DNA of 63,110 bases, counting the filler. It is 13 parts of 13 records of this genome, joined end to end, with 100 filler letters (N's around TTAATTAATTAA, not from the genome) between each part and the next. Parts side by side here need not be neighbours in the genome. Positions count along the whole stretch, not along the records: positions 10,047 to 14,583 come from SRR15195285_579; positions 14,684 to 19,641 come from SRR15195285_580; positions 19,742 to 23,266 come from SRR15195285_582; positions 23,367 to 28,086 come from SRR15195285_584; 9 more parts are not named here. The stretch is one strand, 5' to 3'. The notes beneath the pieces are model-generated. The model made no database searches, was not told the origin of the DNA, and saw only the letters and a program-made list of their open reading frames with translations. The translations under genes and the position numbers were made by a program. Positions 13,501-23,860 of this stretch are shown piece by piece (within the stretch, counting starts at the first letter, position 1; every line of letters begins with the position of its first letter).

Positions 13501-14035
13501 TGATAATCAAGCGTTGGTTCCTAGATGTGGATGCAGGCTCTAAATCACCGCACCATTGAAGTAGCCCCAGAATTCTCCAGTCTCCATCGCGGCGTAAACC
13601 ATACCTAGCTCCCAGTCAGTCACAACGGACTGGTGGTAGAACATTTGCCACGCAGGCCCTGCTACATCACCACGGGTCTTGTGCAAATCCAGCGCGCCAG
13701 GGTCGTAAAGATCGACGAACTGGTGGTCGAGAGAAATCGTGGACATTTCAATTGGCTTGAATGCCAGCGACATCAGATTCTCCAAGGCCTGCCCCGGCGC
13801 GCGCCAGCAGTCAGTGTGCCACCCAACAGTGTGTGCCGAAACCATGGAGTGGCTCGGGTAGGCGGGCGCGGGGCACGGCAGCGACCGCTCGAAGTCGTGA
13901 AGCTGGGTTGCGCACCGCGACGACGGAAAGGGCGACCTGGTTCTGGTAGTCATCTTGTATTTTCTGAAGGTCAATCGCAGCTCTCGTCGGTTGGGCAAGC
14001 ATCGCCAGTGCCATTGCCGCGCAAAATCCCCGCAT
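10521..14035 (-). CDS. Receptor-like protein: signal peptide, dCache, Cys-rich region, multipass TM with EF-hand, TRP_C-like tail (4 exons)
   Basis: Signal MRGFCAAMALAMLAQPTRA. Introns at about 13790-13914, 13444-13553 and about 10928-11010. dCache PYDGRIRPWY...WSEIY...MGVLAVD; Cys-rich CAPGYDGHLCAVCADGY; KVLITTSQI; EF-hand DKNHSGALDFEQF; DYEPQFYYWECIELARKLIL...PGGSIQ...PF. Confidence 0.85.
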
Positions 14036-14307
14036 TGCTTGCCTCCTTTGCCGCTGTCACGTGGTGCTGCGCGAGAAGCCAGTTCGCGTGTGGAAGTTCC
14101 GCGGTGTGTGCTGCGGCCGCACGGCCGCCTGGTCGTCCACTGAGTATGCCCGAAGGTCTCTTCCCGTTCGGTATTGTACAGCGAGCGCACCGCCAGCTGA
14201 TGGTGATGAATGGATGAGGGCTGTGCGTCCGTGCAGAGGTACAGGGTGCCGCTCAAGGTCACTCGCGCCTCACGATTCGGCCGGCCCGCGCCACGTACGC
14301 ATGCGGT

Positions 14308-14355
14308 GCGCGCAGTACCTGGGTACATGCATGGCGCGCAGTACCTGGGTACATG
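14308..14355. repeat. 22-bp direct repeat GCGCGCAGTACCTGGGTACATG x2, upstream of the dCache gene
   Basis: Copies at 14308-14329 and 14334-14355, followed by a partial third (AGTACCTG). Confidence 0.85.
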
Positions 14356-14905
14356 AGTACCTGAGTGAGATCATCCGCCACGTGCATGCCACGGCGCGCG
14401 CTGCTGGAGTGAGTCGCGCGAGTGACTGTATATGATAGTCTTGAGTAGAGTACGACTACGTGTACTACTATGAATAGTACTAATGCTACTATGAATAGAA
14501 CTACTAGATCTAGTACATGGACGACACCGCCTGTGGCCAGACTGCATTGCATGCTGCATTGTACTCGCTACTGTAGCGGTGTANNNNNNNNNNNNNNNNN
14601 NNNNNNNNNNNNNNNNNNNNNNNNNNNTTAATTAATTAANNNNNNNNNNNNNNNNNNNNNNNNNNNNNNNNNNNNNNNNNNNNACTCCATTATCCACAAA
14701 TCGTACAAGAGAAAAGGCCTTCGGCACCGTCGCCTTAGAGGGTATATCGAGGACAGCGAAGGCGACGCCGGCGCACCGTGCCGATCAACTAAGTTTTACG
14801 TGTAAGAAACGACAACAAAATGAAAAGGACAATGCATAACGAACACAAAAGGAAAGATGTCACCTAAGGCCACGCCGACGAGTGTAATATAATGCATTCT
14901 TGAGC

Positions 14906-17900
14906 TCAGACCACAGTTGCCACATCAGATGGTGGCTTGGTGCCTTGTTCGCTCACTGGGTTAACAGTGACGGAGGCATCGGTTGAGTGTGGCTGCTGCG
15001 CTTCTCCCTGGCCTCCGGCTGCCGTTTCATCTCTTCCCTCCTGCCCCTCATCCGCCGGTTCCTCTTGCCCTCCTGCTGCTGCTGGCGCTGCTGTTTCTTC
15101 TTCTTCTTCTTCTTCTTCTGTTGCTTCCTCGGTCGCATCGCTTCGGGCCGCGTAAACAAGGCTGCTAATTTGCACGAGCACGATCCCCACACCAATAATC
15201 GCAGCGAACAGCTCCATGCCGTTGCTCAGCTCAGCTGGAGTCTGTCGCTGCACAGCAAGGAAGGTGGCTGGTGGACCAGCCTCAGTGCACGAGAACGGTT
15301 GTGGCAAAGCAGTGCCCCTGCGTTGGGAGTCACAGTTGACTGTACACTGTGGCTGGAACACACCCTCCCCGGGTGCGTCCCAGGCAGCAAATGCAAATTC
15401 GTCTCGCTGTAAAATGCAGCCTGTAGCATCGATGTCATTAGGATCAGATGAGACACATCCATGGCACTCTGGTCCTCGGTTGCCATAGCCGCGGTCCTGG
15501 CTACACCGACCCATCACTTCGTTCGGGTTATCGACCCAGCTGCTGCTGGCAGCATCCCACTCGCGGAAGTACGAGTTTCTCAAGTATAGGTTGTTAGTGT
15601 AGTGGCAGTCACTTCCCGGGTTGTCTTCGCGGCAACGTCCACCGTCTGATTCCATGAGTTCAACGGGAAAGATGCGATCAACAATCTCCGGATTTTCAGC
15701 AACGAATTCAGCTGTCCTAGCATCCCAGTCATGATATCCCGCGGCCGGTATCGATCGTGCTGCATCATCAGGGTAGCATAGTATTTCGGTGTCCATTACT
15801 CTGCACTTGTATGCTGTGCACGTCGAGTTGCGAAGTTGGTCTGGCCACGCCGCCTCGAGCTGCGCCGCACGAGTATCCACCATCACCGCATTATCTTGCA
15901 AGCACAGCGCCGCCACGCCGTAGCTGATAAGCAGCAAGACCTGCGCTAGCACGGCTTGCCAATCTGCTTGGGTCATGTCATCAATCTGGTCTCCGTCACG
16001 GTAGGGCTTGTCGACGAGGATGAGCACTAGCATCGCAATCGCCACGGCAGTCAGTATGTAGAGAAGTGTCCAAGCATGTTCGCCAGAGCTCAGCATAATG
16101 GACAAGGCCACGACAAGCATCCTGCTGTACATGATCGGGAACTCGAACCACCAACGGTTCGGTTTGTACTTGAGCAGTATCCATGCTACAAACCGTCCAG
16201 TAGTTAGCACGTCTGCGGGGGAGTCGGAACCGCAACAGACTGCACTGTACTGCGGGGCGGATAGGGTAGGGGAGAGTGCGTAGAGAGTCTCAGAGACGCA
16301 CCATGGCTCTCGATCTCGTCCGCGGTCCACTCGCCGTCGGCAGCGTTTTGGTAGACCGTCCAAAACAGCTTGGCCGGCACAGCTACTCCCCACACGAGGA
16401 AGCCGACGGCACCTAGCAGGTAGTAGGGGGTGTCGCAGTCACTTCCAGGAAGCGCTGTCCATTTCCAACAGCTGAGTCAGCTCCCTAGTCTCGCTACAAA
16501 GCAGCATCAAAGTTTCCACACACGGACGCGGGCGGGCTTTGTGTGTAAACGCACCGTCGAGTTCACCATCCGTGCAGTCCACCATCTTGACCCATGCACG
16601 CGTCAACGCCGGCAACGCCAACGTGTACGCCGCCGTCCGCGCATTGATGCTGTGAAGAGTCCTGTGGTCCGACTCGCGGAAGCAGACGGTCGCTTGAGGT
16701 ACGGTGAGCAGGAGGCACATGATTAGGAACGCGACGTTGGTGAGAAAGAACTTGATGACAAAGAGATCCTCAGGATCCACCGCCACTGCGCATTCCGGGG
16801 AGCCGGCGGACCCGAGGTCGAAGGCGAAGGTCGATGAAAGCCAGGTTCCGAAGTCTCGCAAGGCCTCAGGAAAGGGTATCCCTGAGAGAGTGTAGAGGAA
16901 GGAGATGTTGAAGATGTTGCCGATAGCGATCGAGCTCACGATAGCAGTGTTGGAGAGCCCCGGCGGCAACGCAGCCACGAGGCTTTTGGTCGACGCCACA
17001 GCCGCCTTCGCGTTGCCGATGATGTCGCCGTGCAGCATTTCATAATCTTCTTGTGTGTTTTCCACCTCCATAATCTCTTTTTCCTCGTCTTCGCTGTCCT
17101 TTGTGGCATCCGCCTCAGAGACTTTCCACAGTGCAAACATGACGGCCGCTCCGCCTAAGAGCACGAGGACTAGCTGCACGGCTTGGCTGCTCCCCTCAGG
17201 ACACTCAAGGCAGCGCTTCCCCATGTTGAAGAAGCCATCGTTGCACTCCACGCAGCCACGGCCCTTTGAGTTGCTTAGGCAGACACCTTCGGCACAGCGT
17301 GAACGCGGTGAGCATTCAATGCACGTGGAAGACGTTTCATCACTCCAGTACTGATCCCCCTCGTCGTTGCAATCAATGGGCCCTCTTGGCTTGTCACGGC
17401 TTCCCTCAGCTGCAGTTGTACAACGAGGAATGTGTCAGCACCCCTGTGTCATCATGAGCACCAGCAAAAACGAAGTGAGACAGGACATGCACACGCACCT
17501 AAGCAAGTCCCCGTGCGCTCATCCCGGACGAACGTGGGCGCATCGCAGCACGTGCAGTCGTCTGAGCCGAGGAGATCGGCCGCGCCAGCGAGTGGGGTCC
17601 CGCCGCCGGCGCAGGTGAAACCAGAGCAGCTGGAACCCTCAAATTTTGGTCCGTCCGAATCACCCATCACGTCCAGTTGTTCGCCCACTAGACCTGGGTT
17701 GGCCGCGAGTAGTTCGACATGGTTGCCGTGCACACCAGGTATGCCTCGGACGTCCAGGTAGGTGCATGTGTTGTCTATGATGCCGTTGTCCTCGAAGTCG
17801 TCGTACCTACCACTGTACGTGAACTCGCAGCCAGGTACGTACATGTCCTTGAGTACCATGATGTCGCCCGTGATTAAGACGCAGGGGCTTCGAGCAAAAT

Positions 17901-19383
17901 CTCCCGTGCCTAGGCGCAGGTCCTCCAAGCATCCTGTCCCGTCACCGCTCCTCGTCAGGGGTACCAAGTCTTCCAAGCGTCCGGTCACAGCGGCTCTCGT
18001 TTCGGCGGTCCAATCACTACTGTCAATCTTGATCACCCGCCCATCTTTTCCGTTGCACGTTACGCCCTTCCATGTGGATCCCCATCCCATGTCCATGTGA
18101 CTCATTCCAGAGGCACACGGTAGCGTCTCAGGGTCCCAAGCCTCGTTTGCTTCGAGCACTCCGCTGCGGTCGAATTGCCGCAGTGCTGCATAATCTGGCC
18201 ATTCCTCTGCGGTGCGTTGCAGATCGACAGTCTGGCAAAAGTCGCCGTAGTAGGTGGGGAGGCAGGTTGGGCAAATGCCTCCTACGCAGCTCGTCCCTCG
18301 GCCGTTGCAGTCCGGTTCCGGATCGCACGTCGGGTCTGTACGCCACAGCGGGAGTGGAGTTAGTGGGTGCTTGGGAAAATGCAATTTTCTCCTAGGTAAG
18401 GTGTTGAAGACGGCAAGGGAGAGGAACGCACCCACACACTCGCCCGATGCGGTGTCCCGCACGAAGGTCGGCGCGTCGCAGCACGTGCACGGGTCTGCAC
18501 CAAGGAGGTCGGGTGCGTCGAGCGTCGTGGTGACAGGGCAGGCAAATTCGCCCTGAAAGTAGTGAGCACCTGGCACGGGGTTGCAGAAATCGCCCCAAAG
18601 GTTTGAGCGGGAACCCCAGCTGTCGGCCTGCCCGAGGGCCGGGATGGCCGCAATCAGGTTGGCGTGGTTGCCGTACACGCCAGGCGCGTTCTTCACGTAT
18701 AGCCTGCTCAGCGAGGTCAAGCCTTGCAGCTCCATAATATCTCCCGTGATTGAGGGGCAGTTGTACACCGACAAGAACTGCAAGTACGTGAGCGGCGCAA
18801 GGTCTTCCAAGCGCCCTATCACGGCGGCTTTCGTGGCGTCAGACCAAGTGGCCATAGTGAAATCCACGTCTTGTACAACTTGGCCAGCGTCAACTCCAAT
18901 CACCACGCCCCCTTGGGCGCTGCAGATCACCCCGATCCAGGTGGTGGACTTAAAATGCCATGACTCCATGGCAGGGTAATAGCCACGAGCCGCCACGCTG
19001 CTACACGGTAGCGTCGCACGGTCCCAACCGCACGGTGCGGTCCAATCCCCGGGCTGCCCGGGTGGCGGCGGTGGCACGTTGCATTCGACGCGCGAGGCGT
19101 CCACTACCGCGCCACTCTCGTCCGCCGCGCGAGGCTGACCATCCAAGCAGCAGTCGGCCGTGTCGGTGCCCGGTGCGCAGTATATACTCTCGTCGCACAT
19201 CCCGTCGTTTCGGTACGCACAACCACCGGTGGGAGCGTATCCAGCGACCAGGCAGCCCTCACTGCCGCCCAGCGCGCCGCCGCTGTCGAACTGCAGCAGG
19301 GCGTCTCTCTCCACCTCCTGGACGCTCTGTGCGAGCGCCCCGCCTCCAAGGCAGAGCAGGCACATCGCCACGGGCTGGCGCAT
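14906..19383 (-). CDS. Receptor-like protein: signal peptide, two LRRNT/LRR/Cys modules, EGF-like domain, multipass TM with TRP_C-like module (multi-exon)
   Basis: Signal MRQPVAMCLLCLGGGALA; ERDALLQF and WIGVIC/WKGVTC LRR caps; GRLEDLAPLTYLQFLSV; EGF-like CNGRGTSCVGGICPTCLPTYYGDFC. Introns 18336-18431 and 17410-17498, plus two more near 16.2-16.55 kb. C-terminal KYKPNRWWFEFPIMYSRMLVV...DKPY. Confidence 0.8.
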
Positions 19384-19859
19384 GCTGTAGGGGGTACTAG
19401 ATCAGAGGGCGTGTTGCTGCAGGCAGGTGCCGCACTGGGTACTGGAGTAGGATCCCAGGCGTTCGGCGCCACCCAACACCCCGCTAAAGCCACCGCGGGA
19501 ACGTGTCCGACGTCGCGCGAGCCGTTCACTGCGCACGCGGGGCGCCGGCGCTAGCCACGGAGCGCTAACGTAGCTTCCCCCTGGCTAGCTTCGTGAAATG
19601 CGGACTACCGGTACGGTACCGCTAACTACTACCGGTACGCTNNNNNNNNNNNNNNNNNNNNNNNNNNNNNNNNNNNNNNNNNNNNTTAATTAATTAANNN
19701 NNNNNNNNNNNNNNNNNNNNNNNNNNNNNNNNNNNNNNNNNAATGCAATCCGGCCGGTAGAAATGGCGGTTTGGCGGGTGTGACTGCCCGTACGCACGCT
19801 ACAGTGTGTGCGCGTGTGCGTGTGCAGAGAGTGGGTCTGTACGCGGTGCACGGCGCAGG

Positions 19860-21832
19860 ATGTCGTTGCAGCAGCCGAAGCGGCCTGAGAAGAGCGAGTC
19901 GAACTTCGTGGGGGCTATGGGCAACTTCTCGATCCAGTACAACCTGAGCGCTGCGAGCATCGCGCTGCCGTTCCTGCAATCGCACCCGGCCTTCGCACCG
20001 CCGGGATGGGTGCACTACGTCGGTCTGGGTACGGTGTTCGTCGGCGCCGTGCTCGGGATGCTCGGGATGGGCTACCTCGGCGATGTGCTCGGCCGGAAGC
20101 GCGCCATGGTGTTCACTCTCTGCCTTCAAGTCGCGGGTGCCGTCGCCTGCTCACTGCTCACTTGGGGCTCCGTGAGCACGATCTACACCGTGTTCTGCGC
20201 CGGTCGGCTGCTCCTCGGCATCGGAGTCGGCGGTATGTACCCGCTCTCAGCCTCCCACGCCGCGGAAGGTTCAGCCGAAGGAGAGGACACAGGTGCTCGT
20301 GTGGGGTGGGCGTTCTTCTGGCAAACACCCGGGTCCATGGCTCCGTACGCAGTCGGCCTCCTGCTCGTTTTCGCGGTCGGCGACAAGCAGTGCTCCTACT
20401 TCGAGCAAAAAGACAGCTGCTCCGGCGCCACGCTAGCGGACGCGGCAGTGACGACGGCTGTCGAAACGCACTTTCCATTTTCTGGCGGCCCCAGTGGCGC
20501 GTACTGCTGCGGCAAGACCTACAACGCCGCGTCCTGCGTCAACACTGAAGTGTCGTCGGTTGTTGTGGACTTCAAATCGCTCACCAAGCTCAAGCTTGGC
20601 ATCACAATCGACGGCCAAGAGAAGGACTGCGATGCCGAGACTATCCACTACGATGCGGCTACCTCCGCAATTACTTTTCCTAACATCACTCAGCCGACGG
20701 ACTGCCTTGGAATGATCGGCCGTGATTGGACGACGATGAAGTGGAATGCGAAAAGCGACACGCTGACGGTGAAGTGGAATGCGACCAGTGCGACCACCAT
20801 TGTCCTCAAGACGGGCAGCTGTGGTGCCGGACCAACTCCACCGCCCACTCCACCACCTGCTCCATCACCTGGCATGTGCGCCTGGAACGCGTCCGACAAT
20901 GGCATTTGCAGCTATGTCGAAACCGCTTCCACAACCGTTCCTTCTCTCGAGTACCGACTGATCACAGGACTGGGAATTATCCCACCGTTGATCGTGATGG
21001 CATCCGCAATCTCAACAATGCGCGATTCAGAGGAATTTCAGGCAGCAAAAATGAGCTCGGCATCGTCACCATTGGCCGAGGTCTGTGCGCATCCGGAGCA
21101 TTTCGTAACTCTCCTCGGCACTGGTGGGACATGGTTCCTATACGGTGCGCTCCCTGCCGATTATCTTTGCCACAATTGCTGTTGCACCCTCTGCCTTGCT
21201 GGTGCTCTGAGTGCGCACTGTGAGCATCGATATGTGACCCCTGAGCACCACTGCTGCCAACAGATATCAGCTACTACGGCACAGCCATCTTCATGCCGCA
21301 GATTCTGAAGACAATTTTTGGGCAGGGCGAGACGGTCTTTGCTCTTTCCTGGCAGTCGCTCGTCACCGCAGCTGTCGGTCTGCCTGGCTGTGTTGCAGCA
21401 ATTCTCTGTCTGCAACGGCTCGGAAACCGATGGCTCGATATCTACGGGTTCCTGCTGTGCGCGGTACTCTTTGCTGCTATGGCCATCACCTACACGATAG
21501 CCTCGACGGCCTCGAATCTGCTTTTTGCGGAGCTTATGGCTCTCACCTTCGCGCTGAATTTTGGCCCGAATGTAGCGACATTCGTGCTTCCTGCGGTCGC
21601 GTTTCCACCGCAGGTGCGCTCGACATTCCACGGCCTGTCAGCGGGCAGTGGAAAGGTTGGGGCGGTTGTCGGCACTTTCATCTACGCGCCGCTGGCTGAT
21701 GCTTATGGCATTGCCTTTGTCATGTGGGTCCAATGCGTGCTGTGTCTGGTCGGTGTTGTCCTCTCGATTTACTGCATCGCTGACGATCATCCTCGGACCA
21801 AGGGCGCGGGCATGCGCGAAAATCTGATCTGA
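19860..21832 (+). CDS. MFS inorganic phosphate transporter (PHT1/PHO84 family) with a large inserted loop, 2 exons
   Basis: GYLGDVLGRK (MFS motif A); GIGVGGMYPLSASHAAE (variant of the PHT1 signature GGDYPLSAxIxSE); intron 21145-21263 restores WFLYDISYYG; NFGPNVATFVLPAVAFPPQVRSTFHGLSAGSGKVGAVVG. Confidence 0.92.
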
Positions 21833-21961
21833 TTTGCGGTTACTCTGGAGGGACGACCTGAGCCTGATGATGGCGGCTGCCTGCCAAGCGCTGACGCGGC
21901 CGTATTCATGAAATGAAAAAAATGTACTGACTGAGTCTCCTGGCTCGACTTTTTCATTTTG

Positions 21962-22963
21962 CTACTGCCTTCCTGCCAATCCGCTCGTGGCTGTGTGGCC
22001 CGTGTCAAAACCAATGCCATCCGTTTGCCCCTTGGCAAGATTCTTTTTGCGGATCTTCGGTGGCTGCCATCCGGCCCGGTGCTTGTCAATCCGCCGCAAG
22101 TCACCGAATGGTTCGACTCCACCCTCAACCGCGAGCTGTGCACAGCGCATTTCTTCCTCTGTGTCGCCGTTTCGTGCCATCTTCGGGTACCACTCCTTTC
22201 GCAGTGCAGCTCTCTCCTCTGGCCCCATGTCACCCACCACTGTGTCATCAACGTCTATCAATCGCTGTAGGAAAAGAGCAGCGGCGACCGAGAGGTTGAG
22301 CGAGTCTGCCCATCCGTGCAGCGGGAGGTAAACACGGCGGTCGGCGGCCGCAAGCATAACTGGTGACGCGCCAGTTGACTCGGTTCCCATAACGATCGCC
22401 AGCGAACTGGGCAGCCCGATTTTCTCGTTGGTCAGGCACACTGCAGCTTGACTCAAGTCGGTTACCCATATCTCACGCCCTGCTTCGCGCAGCGCGGCCA
22501 CACAATCCTCAGACGTATCAAAAAACTTTAGCGACAGCCACTTGCTGGCCGAGCGTGCATATGCCACGTGCTCTTCTAATTCGGCTTGGTCATCCTCCCA
22601 CACCTTCTTTCGTTGTTTGCGGGTTTCGGCGACAGGCTCCAGCTTCGGAGGCGCAATCAACCAGATGTGGTGATATCCTAGAGCTTCTGCAGTCCGCAGA
22701 ACTGCGGAGTAGTTGTGCGACTGGTTGCATCGCTCTAGCACGACAACGACCCGGCTCGAGCGACGTTGGATAACTGCCTCGCACTTGCGCACACGGCGTA
22801 AGGGGTCGGAAGCATCGTCCAGACTGTCCACTTCGCCTAGCTGCGCCATCGGTCCCAGCGACACCGCAGGTGGCGGTCTGACTGCGACAGCGCTGCCGCA
22901 GAGTCGCAGAGCGGCCAGCGCGGATGCAGCGCCAGCTGCGAAGGCGAGGGCGGTGCCCTCCAT
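21962..22963 (-). CDS. trmH: SpoU/TrmH-family tRNA 2'-O-methyltransferase (Gm18-like)
   Basis: VVVVLERCNQSHNYSAVLRTAEALG, ARSASKWL, LAIVMGTESTGAS, YLPLHGWADSLNLSVAAAL (SPOUT motifs 1-3). Hydrophobic N-terminal extension; no introns. Confidence 0.88.
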   Translation of the reverse strand: MEGTALAFAAGAASALAALRLCGSAVAVRPPPAVSLGPMAQLGEVDSLDDASDPLRRVRKCEAVIQRRSSRVVVVLERCNQSHNYSAVLRTAEALGYHHIWLIAPPKLEPVAETRKQRKKVWEDDQAELEEHVAYARSASKWLSLKFFDTSEDCVAALREAGREIWVTDLSQAAVCLTNEKIGLPSSLAIVMGTESTGASPVMLAAADRRVYLPLHGWADSLNLSVAAALFLQRLIDVDDTVVGDMGPEERAALRKEWYPKMARNGDTEEEMRCAQLAVEGGVEPFGDLRRIDKHRAGWQPPKIRKKNLAKGQTDGIGFDTGHTATSGLAGRQ

Positions 22964-23860
22964 GCTCTTGGATGATGCGGTCCTCGCGCTGCGTCGGCCC
23001 CGCCTGTTTGCCCGTATCTAAAAGTCGCGTACAGGTACACTAGCAGTAGCACCGCGCCTCCTCGGTCAGTGCACACGCAGTCCGTGACGCTCGGCTCGCG
23101 CGCGCTGCTCCGTTCGTCGCCAGCCGCCGGCGCCGCGGCCGGCACCGCGCCGGCTGCACGCGCTGCAATATTCATGGCCCGAATCACGAATCAGACCCCT
23201 GACTGATATCTAGGATACTGTCTTACTGTGGTCTCACCCGCACAGACCCGCCAGGGCGCCGCAGCANNNNNNNNNNNNNNNNNNNNNNNNNNNNNNNNNN
23301 NNNNNNNNNNTTAATTAATTAANNNNNNNNNNNNNNNNNNNNNNNNNNNNNNNNNNNNNNNNNNNNCCAGTAGGCGCGCGCCAAACGTAACTTCACGCTT
23401 TGTGACACCCTTGTCTATCGATTCCTCCAGGAGGATTTTTAGTGTGTTTTTCAGGCCTTCTCCCGAGAGTACACCAGCATCAGACGGCCGAGAATGCATA
23501 TGGATCATGATTCCACTATCCACCCACCCAAATTTTGCGCCGTCATAATCCTTAATTTCCCACCCTCGGGGACAGCCTATCGGACGGTGGGCTTGGATGT
23601 TTTGGGTACTACCTGAGGTAGTACTAACGGTCGGCTGTGCGTCTGTTAATTAGGATAATTACCGAGTTCAGGTTAAGGTTACAATATGATACCTGGGGAC
23701 TGACTGGCGGCGTCGGTTGAGATACGGAACTGCCAACGGCGTTCCGACTGTGTTGTTGTTGTTCGTGTGTTGTGTTGTTTCGATTGTTGCGTGCTGAGCG
23801 CTCCAGCTGACTGCTTCTAAAGGCCCTCTACTGCCCTGACGGCGCTGAGATCGTGTGGAG

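Noticed and set aside
21962-22963. Bacterial contamination suggested by intronless trmH
   Set aside because: Same contig as an intron-containing PHT1 gene, with an N-terminal extension and the same upstream tract signature.
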